From Patescibacteria group bacterium (GTDB taxonomy: Bacteria > Patescibacteriota > UBA1384 > DATEAH01), in contig DATEAH010000005.1 in NCBI GenBank assembly GCA_035288465.1, positions 131,636-195,635 of the forward strand: 64,000 nucleotides of DNA. Direction: 5' to 3'. Position 1 is the stretch's first letter, and each line of letters starts with the position of its first letter. The position numbers and the translations under genes are program-made. Below, one piece after another: positions 1 through 9,888 of the stretch. The notes beneath the pieces are model-generated. The model was not told the DNA's origin and ran no database searches. It saw only the letters and a program-made list of their open reading frames with translations.

Positions 1-85
1 TTAACGAGGAGCCACTCCGGACCTGAAGCGGTCCACAAAGCAAAAACTGCTGCGTGGACCGCTTCTTATTTTTTTTAGAACCAAT

Positions 86-1105
86 TTATATAATAAACAT
101 CGCGTCGCCAAAAGAATAGAACCGATATTTTTTCTTAATCGCCAGCTGATAGGTTTTTTTGATCAATTCTTGACCGGCAAAAGCAGAAACTAACAACAAT
201 AAACTTGATTTTGGCAAATGAAAATTAGTAATCAGACTGTCAATAAATTTAAATTTATAACAGGGAAAGATAAATAATTGCGTTTGTCCAGAATAGGGCA
301 GGAGCTGATTTTTTTGATTTGCGGCAGTTTCTAAAACTCGAGCCGTGGTGGTGCCAACCACAATAATTCTTTGGCCATTTTTCTTGGCTTTATTTAAGCG
401 TCTGGCGACCTCTTTTGATAGATTTGCCCATTCTGAATGCAGATAATGATTTTTGATATTTTTTTTGCGAATTGGCGCAAAGGTTCCTAAACCTATATGC
501 AAAGTCACAAATTCAAAATCAATTTTTTGTTTTTTTAATTTATTTATTAATTTTTTAGAAAAATGGAAACCCGCTGTCGGCGCGGCGACTGAGCCTAAAT
601 TTTTCGCATATACAGTTTGATAATCGGGAAGGGGAGTCATTTTTTTAATGTACGGCGGAGTTGGAGTTTTGCCAATTTTAAATAATATTTCTTGAAATTT
701 TTTACCACCAAGATTAAATAAAATTTGCCATTTCCCCTCTTTTTCAGGTTTTACAATCTCGCCCACCAAACCTTTTGAAAATTCAATTTTCTGCCCCACC
801 CGCCGCCGATGTCCAGAAATTAACGCTTCCCAGCCTGCCTTGCCGCAATCTCTTAATAATAAAATTTCAATTTTACCACCGGTTTGGACTCGCTTGCCGA
901 TTAACCTGGCGGGAATAACTTTGGAATCATTAAAAACTAATACATCGCCTTTTTTTAAAAAAAGTGGTAAATTATAAAAATAATCCTCTGAAATTTTGCC
1001 GGTTTGGCGATTTAGAATCATCAAGCGACAATTTTCGCGAGGTTTTATTGGTTTTTGAGCAATTAAATTTTTCGGTAACTCAAAATCGAAATCTGCAGTT
1101 TTCAT
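86..1105 (-). CDS. queA: S-adenosylmethionine:tRNA ribosyltransferase-isomerase
   Basis: 339 aa; N-terminal FDFELPKNLIAQKPIKPRENCRLM and overall QueA-like layout; TAA stop. Confidence 0.85.
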   Translation of the reverse strand: MKTADFDFELPKNLIAQKPIKPRENCRLMILNRQTGKISEDYFYNLPLFLKKGDVLVFNDSKVIPARLIGKRVQTGGKIEILLLRDCGKAGWEALISGHRRRVGQKIEFSKGLVGEIVKPEKEGKWQILFNLGGKKFQEILFKIGKTPTPPYIKKMTPLPDYQTVYAKNLGSVAAPTAGFHFSKKLINKLKKQKIDFEFVTLHIGLGTFAPIRKKNIKNHYLHSEWANLSKEVARRLNKAKKNGQRIIVVGTTTARVLETAANQKNQLLPYSGQTQLFIFPCYKFKFIDSLITNFHLPKSSLLLLVSAFAGQELIKKTYQLAIKKKYRFYSFGDAMFII

Positions 1106-1111
1106 AATTAA

Positions 1112-2026
1112 TTATTTATCATCAGGATTTTGGTTTTGATCTGGCTTTTTAACTGTCAAGTCCACAATCGTACCTTCGTGGAGCTCACCTTCGATTGGTT
1201 TTTCGGGGGTTTCGGGGGTTTCGGGGATATTTAAAACAGGTTCATTTTTATTTTCTGGAATTTTCGGAATTTGAAAATCAGGCGGGGCTGTTTTTGGAAT
1301 ATTTTCGGAAATCGGTTTTGATTCAGGTTCGATTGGGGCAGATTTGGGGGATAAATTTTCTGATTTTTCAGCACCTAAATTGGCAATTCCGCCGGGACGG
1401 CGCAAATCTTTATGATTAAAAACGCCGACAGCCCTCTCACCCAAACCCTCTGCAGTATCAATTGTTTTAAGTGCCACATTTCCAGATGGAGAAGAAATTA
1501 ATCTTTTATATTCAGAGGTTAATTTTTGGGTAAATTCGCGCGGGTGGGGAATATTGGTGAAAATAAAATTACGGGCAGTACCGGCGGTTTGAATTTCGAC
1601 ACAACCGAAATCAAGCATGGTTCCAAAAAAACCGGTCACCTTGGCCGAAACATCTTCAACGTGCAAAATATCTAATTCGTCAATGGTGCGATTAAAGAGA
1701 CCATTTTGATTAATATCAACGATTCGTTTATTGGTTAAAATGACGATGTCAAAATACAAATTGACAAAACCGAGTAAAAAGGCGGCGGAGATAAACAATA
1801 AATACATTGACGAAAATACAACCACAAAATTAATTATTGAACCTACAAAAAATTGCGGATAAAAACGAATGGAAATCATCAACAAAGCAAAGGGCACGAT
1901 GAGCATCGCGAAAATGATGATAAAAATTATTAAAAACATAAACCAATGTTTTCTGGTGAAAATTAAAACTTCTTCGTCCACGTCAGCATTAGGAAAAATT
2001 TTACGTAACCGATCTTGATCTTCCAT
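1112..2026 (-). CDS. membrane protein with YdbS/YdbT-like bacterial PH (bPH_2) domain and Pro/Glu/Thr-rich C-terminal tail
   Basis: two N-terminal TM helices followed by ...VILTNKRIVDINQNGLFNRTIDELDI... pattern typical of bPH_2; C-terminal PETPETPEKP repeats. Confidence 0.5.
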   Translation of the reverse strand: MEDQDRLRKIFPNADVDEEVLIFTRKHWFMFLIIFIIIFAMLIVPFALLMISIRFYPQFFVGSIINFVVVFSSMYLLFISAAFLLGFVNLYFDIVILTNKRIVDINQNGLFNRTIDELDILHVEDVSAKVTGFFGTMLDFGCVEIQTAGTARNFIFTNIPHPREFTQKLTSEYKRLISSPSGNVALKTIDTAEGLGERAVGVFNHKDLRRPGGIANLGAEKSENLSPKSAPIEPESKPISENIPKTAPPDFQIPKIPENKNEPVLNIPETPETPEKPIEGELHEGTIVDLTVKKPDQNQNPDDK

Positions 2027-2275
2027 TTAGCCACCTCTAAAAATTTGGGGGATAAATTCTTCGATCGACGGAAAACTGACGCTCCCCCATTTTAAACTCA
2101 ACATAATCGCTAATGAGAAAAAGATAATAATTCCGGTAACAACAATATAAGTGATCATCACTATCTTGGTCATATCACCACGAAAACCATATTTCCATAA
2201 ATGATATAAACCTAAGCCGGAAATAATAATAAAACCTAATAAAAATGCCAAATAAGCTAATAATAAAATAATCAT
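2027..2275 (-). CDS. small integral membrane protein, unknown function
   Basis: 82 aa, two hydrophobic helices, abuts upstream gene. Confidence 0.35.
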   Translation of the reverse strand: MIILLLAYLAFLLGFIIISGLGLYHLWKYGFRGDMTKIVMITYIVVTGIIIFFSLAIMLSLKWGSVSFPSIEEFIPQIFRGG

Positions 2276-2360
2276 AAGTTTGCCTTTGACTGTATCATAT
2301 CACAAAAAAGCTCAAAAATTAATGGCTAAATTAAAAAAAGAGCAAGTTTCTAAATTTTCC

Positions 2361-3360
2361 CTAAGTAGGAAACCTGCTCTGAAGGCTTGACAATTTATCG
2401 CCAAAAGCTTTGATGATATTGTCGCAAGTTAAAGCTTGAATTTGCTCCGGACTTAAACCTAAATCCTCGGGCAAAAAGCGTTCGACAAAATCTCGATAAA
2501 GATAAAGGGAAGGGATGCCAGACGGCGGATCTTGAGAAAATAGTTTTTCGCCAATGGCGTGAGGAGCATGGTCAGTTTCAACCCAATCGATTAAACCTGC
2601 TTGAAGGCATCTCCTAAGTCCTTCTACAACCGGCCAAACTCGCAAGGGAGGATTTACTTTGTAAATCAAACCATTGGCCTCTTTTTTCATAAATTCATTA
2701 GCCCACATTAAATAATGAGGAGTGACACCACAGGTAATTTTGATTTTGCCCCGAGCGTTATTAATCACATCAACTGATTCAGGGCAAGAAACATGACAAA
2801 TATGCAGGGTACCAGCAAAACCCGTCTCAATCGCGAATTTAATTTGGTCTTGAATAGATTCAATTTCAGCTTCTTTAGGTCTCGACCAAGAATGTGAAAT
2901 GGGGTTGGCGCGATTCCAAAGTTCGGGTTTCATTAAGTCTTCTTTCTCGCAATGCGCGGCTAAGACTCCCTTATACCCCAATTTGGTCAAAGTCTGATAA
3001 ACCTGATACTGTTCAGTGTGAGTGGTAACTGCTAATGGACCAACTGATCTGCCGGCAAACATTTTTAAACCTACGATTCGATGGCTAAAATGTCTTTGTC
3101 CATAACATTCAATAGCTTCTTTTATTTGTTCAGGATCCGCGGTGACTCCCATGTATAAAAAGTATCTTTGATGTTGATCGTTTGGGACAAGTTCCAAAAT
3201 ATCAATAACGTCAGGTTCGGAAATAATTGGTCTCTTTTTATTCGGCATATCAAATACCACATCAACACCCTGTTGGGTGGCTAATTCCAGACCATGCGCA
3301 ATCGTTTCTTTATGGGCTTCTTCTCTATCCCTTAAATGCTCGTGTGGATCGATTCTCATC
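2361..3360 (-). CDS. dihydroorotase-like cyclic amidohydrolase
   Basis: DPHEHLRD metal-binding motif near N-term, DHAPH motif near C-term; start moved to ATG at 3360 (MRIDPHEHL) which has an AGGAGG SD ~10 nt upstream, rather than ORF-track start 3407. Confidence 0.6.
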
Positions 3361-3444
3361 TGGTTTGTGCCTCCTGTGTGTTGAGTTGTTAATGTCCAGC
3401 TGTGCAATTATTATACTTTAAAAAAATCTTTTACTCAAGCAAAA

Positions 3445-3969
3445 TTAAGATTTATTTTTTAAACTATAAAAACAGCCGCAGTATTTTTGGCAATATAAAC
3501 CCAAATCATGAGCTTTTTGGTGACCTTGGCGAAATTGGCTAACAAAATCTCGATCAATAAATTCTAAATGATATTTTTGAGCTAATTCCCCACCGATTTG
3601 GCGAACTTTGTCTAAATTCTGATAAGGACTAACCAATAAAGTGGTGGTGAAATATTTATAGTTTTTCGCGGCCGCAATCTGGGCAGTTTTCTCTAAACGT
3701 AATTTATAGCACGCAAAACATCTTTCGGGTTTTTCGAGATTTTCGTTCGCCACAAGATGCTCTTCGGCTTCATATTTTGCCACCATGATTGGCAAATTAA
3801 TAATTTTGGCCAATTGCCTAACGGCTTTGAGTCTTTTTTGAAATTCTTTTTTGGGCTGAATATTGGGATTATAATAGAAACCTGTAACTTCAAAATCTTC
3901 AGCCCTTAATTTTTCCACCACCGAAATTGCGCAAGGCCCGCAACAAATATGAAGCAAAATTTTTTTCAT
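3445..3969 (-). CDS. queH: epoxyqueuosine reductase QueH (DUF208)
   Basis: 174 aa; LLHICCGPC N-terminal cysteine motif and conserved C-terminal Cys pattern of QueH. Confidence 0.75.
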   Translation of the reverse strand: MKKILLHICCGPCAISVVEKLRAEDFEVTGFYYNPNIQPKKEFQKRLKAVRQLAKIINLPIMVAKYEAEEHLVANENLEKPERCFACYKLRLEKTAQIAAAKNYKYFTTTLLVSPYQNLDKVRQIGGELAQKYHLEFIDRDFVSQFRQGHQKAHDLGLYCQKYCGCFYSLKNKS

Positions 3970-3970
3970 T

Positions 3971-5044
3971 TTATTTGAACAATTTTTTCTGACGACGGCT
4001 AATTTTTTCTTTTTGAGCTTTTTTGCTAACTTCTTGAGGACATTTAAAACCTAAATATTCAAAGGCTTTGCTAGTCGCCATACGGCCCTTGGGAGTTCGC
4101 TTTAAAAAGCCTAAACGCATTAAATATGGTTCATAGACTTCTTCAATGTTGGCAATATCTTCAGAAGAGGCGGCAGCTAATGTTTCCAAACCTACCGGTC
4201 CGCCTGAAAATTTTTTAATTAATATTTCTAATAATTTTCGATCAGCTTTATCCAAACCAATACTATCAATTTGGAGCATTTTTAAGGCTTTAAGACAAAT
4301 TTCTGGAGTGATTTTGCCTTGGTGCCTAACCTGGGCATAATCTCGGACACGGCGTAAAATTCGGTTGGCGATTCTAGGGGTCCTGCGGGCACTTTTGGCA
4401 ATTAATATGATTGAAGTATTATCAATTGGAATCCTTAAAATTTTAGCGGCGCGCTTTAAGATCCTTTTGACATCTTTGATTTTATAATAATCTAGCTTAA
4501 AAATTGCGCCAAACCGGTCGCGCAAAGGCGAAGAAATCCCGCCGATTTTAGTGGTGGCGCCAATGACGGTAAACTTGGGCAGTTCTAACCGCAAGGTTTT
4601 AGCAGATGGTCCTTTTCCTATTATTATATCTAAGGCATAATCTTCCATCGCCGGGTAAAGCAATTCTTCAATCAAACGACCAAGTCGATGGATTTCATCA
4701 ATAAACAAAATGTCAAAATCTGACAAACTGGTTAATATCGAAGCTAAATCTCCGGGCCGATCCAGAGTGGGACCCGAAGTAATTTTAATATTGGCAGACA
4801 TTTCATGCGCCATAATTTGCGCCATACTGGTTTTGCCAATTCCGGCTGGACCATATAAAAGAATATGCTCTAAAGGCTCTTTTCTTTTTCTAGCCGCCTC
4901 GAGCATAATTTTTAAATTTTCTTTAATATTGTCCTGTCCGGCAAATTGCGCTAAAGTGCTAGGTCTCAAAGATGAATCGGCCGGGATTTCATCGGGTTTT
5001 AATTTACCACTTACTAAACGTTTTTTTTCTTTTTTGATTGCCAT
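3971..5044 (-). CDS. ruvB: Holliday junction branch migration ATPase RuvB
   Basis: LYGPAGIGKTS Walker A, RuvB-like N-terminus LRPSTLAQFAGQD, AAA+ and winged-helix C-term. Confidence 0.9.
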   Translation of the reverse strand: MAIKKEKKRLVSGKLKPDEIPADSSLRPSTLAQFAGQDNIKENLKIMLEAARKRKEPLEHILLYGPAGIGKTSMAQIMAHEMSANIKITSGPTLDRPGDLASILTSLSDFDILFIDEIHRLGRLIEELLYPAMEDYALDIIIGKGPSAKTLRLELPKFTVIGATTKIGGISSPLRDRFGAIFKLDYYKIKDVKRILKRAAKILRIPIDNTSIILIAKSARRTPRIANRILRRVRDYAQVRHQGKITPEICLKALKMLQIDSIGLDKADRKLLEILIKKFSGGPVGLETLAAASSEDIANIEEVYEPYLMRLGFLKRTPKGRMATSKAFEYLGFKCPQEVSKKAQKEKISRRQKKLFK

Positions 5045-5200
5045 TTTAGGCTCACTTTCTCCCCTCCTTAAGGTAATGATATACTTAACGTTTACGGCCT
5101 CAGACCCCCTTTCTTTTTCGTAAAGAAAGTGTCTGACGCAAAGAAAACTAATTTGAAATCCCTATTCTGACAGAACCATGGAAAAGTTATTTTATATAAT

Positions 5201-5770
5201 TTATTTTGCCATTTGCTTTAATGCCCAAGTAATTTTTTCTTCGGCGGTTTTTAAGTTTTTAGGAGTTTTGGCTAAGATTTTTTTGGCTTCTTCGGCTTTA
5301 TAACCCAATGACTTGAGACCTTCTAAAACTTCACTATAATCCCCACCAGCGTCTAAAATGCTCAAATCGTCAACTGAGATTTTACTTTTAAGTTCGAGGA
5401 TTAATCTGGTGGCAGTTTTTCGACCCACGCCAGAAATTGCCATAAACATTTCTAAATCATTGTTTAAAATTGCGTTTTTAATTTGTCCGCATTTGGCTCG
5501 GCTCAAGATTGCCATGGCCGCTTTTGGCCCAATTCCAGAAACTGTGAGCAATAATTCAAATAATTCCAATTCCTCAAAAGTTAAAAATCCAAATAGATCT
5601 TCGCAATTTTCCCGCAGATAATGATGCAAATATAATTTACTTCTTTTTCCAGTTTTTATGCCAGTCAAAGTTTGGGAATTTGCAAAAATTTTAAAGCCAG
5701 TATCGGCAGTTTCTAGAATCACAAAGTTTGGACCAACAAAATCTATTTTACCAGCCATGGTAATAATCAT
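5201..5770 (-). CDS. ruvA: Holliday junction DNA helicase subunit RuvA
   Basis: 189 aa; OB-fold N-term, HhH motifs (ISGIGPKAAMAIL / ISGVGRKTATRLI), C-terminal RuvB-binding domain. Confidence 0.85.
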   Translation of the reverse strand: MIITMAGKIDFVGPNFVILETADTGFKIFANSQTLTGIKTGKRSKLYLHHYLRENCEDLFGFLTFEELELFELLLTVSGIGPKAAMAILSRAKCGQIKNAILNNDLEMFMAISGVGRKTATRLILELKSKISVDDLSILDAGGDYSEVLEGLKSLGYKAEEAKKILAKTPKNLKTAEEKITWALKQMAK

Positions 5771-6943
5771 TTATATCCTTGATAATAATTGTTCAACTTC
5801 TAAATTTTCCGGTAATAATTTTATTTTAGTATTTTCGGCTAAGTTTAAGATTGAGTCTAAATCTTCTAAATTTGTTTTTCCACAATATAAATTTTTAAAA
5901 TTTTGAGGATGTTGATGCAGATTATTGGTAACTTTTTTTAGACCTTGCCAATATATATTATCATACCAAAAACGAAAATTATGTGTATTTTGACAATCTG
6001 TAATGCCGCGAAAAATTCGAGCAGTCCGGCGCCAAGCTAAATCTTTTTTTATGCCTTTAGATTTTAATTTTTCAAAAGTTTCGCGAAAGTTTAAATTTTT
6101 AGAAAGGTGAAAAGCTAAAATGCTCAAAGCCTCGGAGCCAGTTTTTGGGAATCTGCATTTGCCATTCAAAACCGCCAAACCTTCTTCGCAAGTTAAAAAA
6201 TTTTTACATCCCAAGGGCATACTTAAAATAGATAAGTTTGAATTCCAACCATTTTGTTGACGCAAAACATGGGTTTCAATTTCATGGGCAACTAATTGTT
6301 GAAGTCTAATTTTAGAAACTCGATGAGAATAAGGGATTATAATTCGAGGGCTATACTGACCCTCATTAATCACGCTTACGGTTATGGCAAGTGAAAATTT
6401 TTGATCAATAACCACGTTCCAGTGTCGAAGATGATAATGGCTAAGTGCTTTTTCAAAAACTTTTTTAATGGTAGTGGCGTCAAAATTACGAGATTTAATC
6501 TTTTTACGAGCTTTAAAAATCTTTTGGGCCTTTAAAATATCATCGGTGTTAGGTTTGCCGAATAAACTTTCAGATATTTTAGAAACTTGTTCGTCATTAA
6601 TGCCGATTGCCTGAACTAATTCAATTTGCATTTTTAATTCTAATAATCTGTCAGCATACAATTTTTTAATAATTCGATTTTTTTCATTTTTTAAATCACT
6701 GAGGAAAACATCAATTAATTTTAAATAAACTTTTAATTTTGGATCGGTTTCATATTTAAAATGCGGGTTTTCAATCTTTCCAGAAAGAAAATCTTTTTTT
6801 TCAGCATCTAAATTTTTAGGTTTTACGTTAGCTAATAATAAAAACTGCGAGGCGATATCTGCTAATCTTTTTCCCCACCTTGCATCTAATTTTTCACGAT
6901 TTAATTTTAGCATGGTTTTTTCAAAGCTCTTCAAAATATTCAA
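5771..6943 (-). CDS. DUF1704 / QEGLA-motif (tyrosine/phenylalanine carboxypeptidase-like) metallopeptidase-family protein
   Basis: HEIETH (HExxH) motif plus CEEGLAV matching the QEGLA signature; overlaps the downstream ATP-grasp gene by 23 nt. Confidence 0.55.
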   Translation of the reverse strand: MNILKSFEKTMLKLNREKLDARWGKRLADIASQFLLLANVKPKNLDAEKKDFLSGKIENPHFKYETDPKLKVYLKLIDVFLSDLKNEKNRIIKKLYADRLLELKMQIELVQAIGINDEQVSKISESLFGKPNTDDILKAQKIFKARKKIKSRNFDATTIKKVFEKALSHYHLRHWNVVIDQKFSLAITVSVINEGQYSPRIIIPYSHRVSKIRLQQLVAHEIETHVLRQQNGWNSNLSILSMPLGCKNFLTCEEGLAVLNGKCRFPKTGSEALSILAFHLSKNLNFRETFEKLKSKGIKKDLAWRRTARIFRGITDCQNTHNFRFWYDNIYWQGLKKVTNNLHQHPQNFKNLYCGKTNLEDLDSILNLAENTKIKLLPENLEVEQLLSRI

Positions 6944-7787
6944 TTATTTTTTTAGCAACATTAATACCAGTAATTTTTTCAAAAGACTTGAACATTGGCC
7001 CGCGATTAGCTTCTAATAAATAGTATTTCCCTTTATGCTCTAAAACATCAACGCCCGAAATATCATTTTTTTCCGCTTGGTTCGCAGCAATGGCTAATTT
7101 GGCTAATTTTGGATTCATCGGGTAACTTTTTGAATGCACACCAGAACTGGCATTTTGACCAGCCAAGGGAATTCCATGAGCCTTAGTTCTAACCATCGCA
7201 CCTAATACCTTATTGCCAACAACAAGAATTCGAATATAACTATTGGTGGGAATAAATTCCTGAATAAGATAATTATCGACTAAATGATTTTGGAAAAATT
7301 TTTCAGCTTCGCCGAAATTGTTAATCAGATAAATATCCTTACTCTGCTTGCCCAAATTATGTTTAATAATAATTGGATAGGGGAGATTGTTAAATTTTTC
7401 TGGAGAGATTTTTTTTGCCATAAAATACCAAGTCTCAGGCTGAGGGAGATGATTTTTAGCAAATTGAAAACTGGTAAAATGTTTTCCTAGGAAAAATGGC
7501 TGTTTGGCTAAGCGTTGATCAATAACTAATCTACCATTTTCCAACATATATTTAGCCAAAATTTGAGCTTCTTCGGGGTGCTTAGTGACGCCGCGTGGTA
7601 ATAGTAAATCATATTTTTGGGCTAAATCTTCACCGTCAATATTTATTACAAGTTTAGGTTCATATTTAATTGAAAATTGTTTGTAACCGACAAGATCGGC
7701 TGAGTGCCCTCTTTTTTCTGCTTCCTCTTTCAACCTGGTAGATTCTGGCGCGCCGCCCGCTCCTAAAATTGCAATTTTCACAATCAC
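6921..7787 (-). CDS. RimK-family ATP-grasp ligase (alpha-L-glutamate ligase-like)
   Basis: 288 aa; ATP-grasp fold motifs (IIKHNLGKQSKDIYLI..., EANRGPMF); 4-nt overlap with upstream gene. Confidence 0.7.
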   Translation of the reverse strand: MIVKIAILGAGGAPESTRLKEEAEKRGHSADLVGYKQFSIKYEPKLVINIDGEDLAQKYDLLLPRGVTKHPEEAQILAKYMLENGRLVIDQRLAKQPFFLGKHFTSFQFAKNHLPQPETWYFMAKKISPEKFNNLPYPIIIKHNLGKQSKDIYLINNFGEAEKFFQNHLVDNYLIQEFIPTNSYIRILVVGNKVLGAMVRTKAHGIPLAGQNASSGVHSKSYPMNPKLAKLAIAANQAEKNDISGVDVLEHKGKYYLLEANRGPMFKSFEKITGINVAKKIIEYFEEL

Positions 7788-9094
7788 TCCTTTTTATAAA
7801 CTTGTTTTAGGGTGGTTTTTTTAGCCGGGTCAATAATAAAATTTTTCAAGTCCCTTCTGCCAATAATCATGTCGCGCCTCAAATCACCACGATTAGCAAT
7901 TGTGGCCGCGGTTTTAATTTTTTTACCCGAAATAATAAAGATTAAATTAATTAAAGGTCTCACTTGGTGACCGTGTGAAGAATGAACTTTTTTTGAACCA
8001 ATTACCTTTTTATCTAAACTCAGTTCAGCGGCAATTTTTTGATCAATGCTGGTTCTAAAAGCACCGGTATCGGTTTTTGCCACCACATCTAAGTGTTGTT
8101 TTTTGGTAATTATTTTAACAGGTTCCAACATCCCCAAAACTCTTTTACCAGAAGCATCTTGAATTTCTCTAATTATTTCCCCACCAAATAGTTCTTTGGC
8201 AACGCGAATTGCTTTTTCCGTATCTTTTATTTTAAGATCTTCGACTCTTTCCAGCCTTCTTTTTAGGGGTGATAAATTTGCTAACTGGATCGCTAATCCT
8301 GGTCTGGCATTTAATTCCAATATTTGCGGGCCATCTTCGCGATCTAAAACAATATCCACTCCCAAATAACCCAAACCCACCGCTTGCTGTGCTTCGGAGG
8401 CTAAATATAAAATTTGTTCCCATTCTGGAATCTTTAAACCATTCAACTTTCTTTTAGTGCCTGGAAAATAACGAATTGTACGATTTTTCCACCAAGCACG
8501 CGTGGTAATGCCTGAAGCAATTTCTACGCCCACTGCTACCGCGCCCTGGTGAATATTTGCCCGCCCGCCAGAATCGCGAGTCGGCAATCTTAACATCGCC
8601 ATCACCGGAATTTTGTTATAAACGATGACTCTAATATCAGGCGTGCCGCGAAATGAAATTCGTTTGAAAAAACGGTGAGTTTTAACTTTTTGTTCGATAA
8701 AAGCCGTGTCTGGAGCATTATTCATGGAAAAATTTCCATCTAAAATATCCAAAATATGCATTTTAATATCAGAAATATTAATTTCCGAACTATCTTGTTT
8801 TGACCAACCATGCTTTTTTTTACCAAAAACCACTAATATTCCCTCGCCACCAAAACCTCGAGCCGGCTTGATCACAAAACTGTTTGGTAAGCTTTTCCAA
8901 TCAAAATTATCTAAATCTTTTTTAGATTCAAAAACTTGATAGATTTTTGGGGCTGACAAATGCGCTCGTTTAAGAATTTGTTTAGTAAGCAATTTATTAT
9001 CCACCAACCTTTTGAGGCGGCGGGGATTGGAGGGAGCAATAAAAAGAAGGTTTCTAGAATTCATCCCTAATAAATTTTTGAATTTTGCCATCAA
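7784..9094 (-). CDS. alpha-L-glutamate ligase-like ATP-grasp protein fused to C-terminal retropepsin-like (putative ATP-dependent Zn protease PF05618-like) domain
   Basis: N-terminal MNSRNLLFIAPSNPRR and ATP-grasp motifs; C-terminal ~120 aa with AKTDTGAFRTS (D-T-G-A aspartyl-protease-like) motif. Confidence 0.65.
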   Translation of the reverse strand: MMAKFKNLLGMNSRNLLFIAPSNPRRLKRLVDNKLLTKQILKRAHLSAPKIYQVFESKKDLDNFDWKSLPNSFVIKPARGFGGEGILVVFGKKKHGWSKQDSSEINISDIKMHILDILDGNFSMNNAPDTAFIEQKVKTHRFFKRISFRGTPDIRVIVYNKIPVMAMLRLPTRDSGGRANIHQGAVAVGVEIASGITTRAWWKNRTIRYFPGTKRKLNGLKIPEWEQILYLASEAQQAVGLGYLGVDIVLDREDGPQILELNARPGLAIQLANLSPLKRRLERVEDLKIKDTEKAIRVAKELFGGEIIREIQDASGKRVLGMLEPVKIITKKQHLDVVAKTDTGAFRTSIDQKIAAELSLDKKVIGSKKVHSSHGHQVRPLINLIFIISGKKIKTAATIANRGDLRRDMIIGRRDLKNFIIDPAKKTTLKQVYKKE

Positions 9095-9119
9095 AACCCC
9101 CTTTACAATCTGGGATTTA

Positions 9120-9809
9120 TTATTTAGATTTAATTACTTGTTGAAAACGAAAATATTCGGTCAACCTCAAACCTGTCCAACGACCAATTAAAAAATTAAA
9201 AATTATTAAGACTAAAATTATGGCCGGGTAACTAATAATAAAATTTTGAACCATCTTGGAGACCATTAAAAAATAGCAAAAAATAGAAATTATCAAAGTC
9301 TCAATCGTCAACCAACCAGCTTCACTCCAGCCACGTTCAATCTGTAAATTTATAAATCTTTCCACCAAAACAATCATCATCAACATTGGAAAAATCGCAA
9401 TCCCAGTGAGGTTGCCAATACCTAAATTGGCGCTAAAAACAATTAACAAAAGAGTGATAAAACTTACTAAAGTCAAAATTAATGCGGCTCTGGGTAAATA
9501 TAAAAGTCTTAATTTAACTAATAAAAAGCGAAAAACCGTACCTAGAACTAAGATGATCGCAAAAAAAAGCAAACCAAATTTAATGCCAGTGGCTAAAAAT
9601 GAGATTGACAAAATCGAGGGTAAATAAATTCCCAAGCTTTTTAGGCCCACCACCTGGCGAATAAAAGCAATAATAGTGGCAATGATTGGAAACATCAAGA
9701 CCAAAATAATCATTTCGCGGGGAATTCCATTCGTGATGGCTTGGTTTATCCAATCGCTCATAAAATTAAGAGACGATAAGTTCATAAGCCTCCTTATTAA
9801 ACTAATCAA
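9120..9809 (-). CDS. 7-TM integral membrane protein (7TM domain of the ATP-grasp/7TM/retropepsin system, no transglutaminase domain)
   Basis: 229 aa, ~7 hydrophobic helices; immediately upstream of the ATP-grasp fusion gene. Confidence 0.5.
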   Translation of the reverse strand: MISLIRRLMNLSSLNFMSDWINQAITNGIPREMIILVLMFPIIATIIAFIRQVVGLKSLGIYLPSILSISFLATGIKFGLLFFAIILVLGTVFRFLLVKLRLLYLPRAALILTLVSFITLLLIVFSANLGIGNLTGIAIFPMLMMIVLVERFINLQIERGWSEAGWLTIETLIISIFCYFLMVSKMVQNFIISYPAIILVLIIFNFLIGRWTGLRLTEYFRFQQVIKSK

Positions 9810-9888
9810 AAAGGAATAATTACTTTTTTAGCTAATTATTTACTGACTTTATTCTATTGTATATGAGGACGAAAAGCAACCTAGAGAT

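Noticed and set aside
1195-1419. Plus-strand 74-aa ORF and GGTTTCGGG x3 tandem repeat
   Set aside because: The ORF is antisense to the bPH_2 membrane protein gene. The tandem repeat simply encodes the PETPETPEKP tail of that protein on the minus strand.
3693-3893. 66-aa minus-strand ORF inside queH, and similar nested or antisense small ORFs (4146..4340, 4710..5123, 5358..5621, 16262..16984 etc.)
   Set aside because: They are embedded in or antisense to well-supported genes (queH, ruvB, ruvA, yebC). They are AT-rich low-complexity translations.
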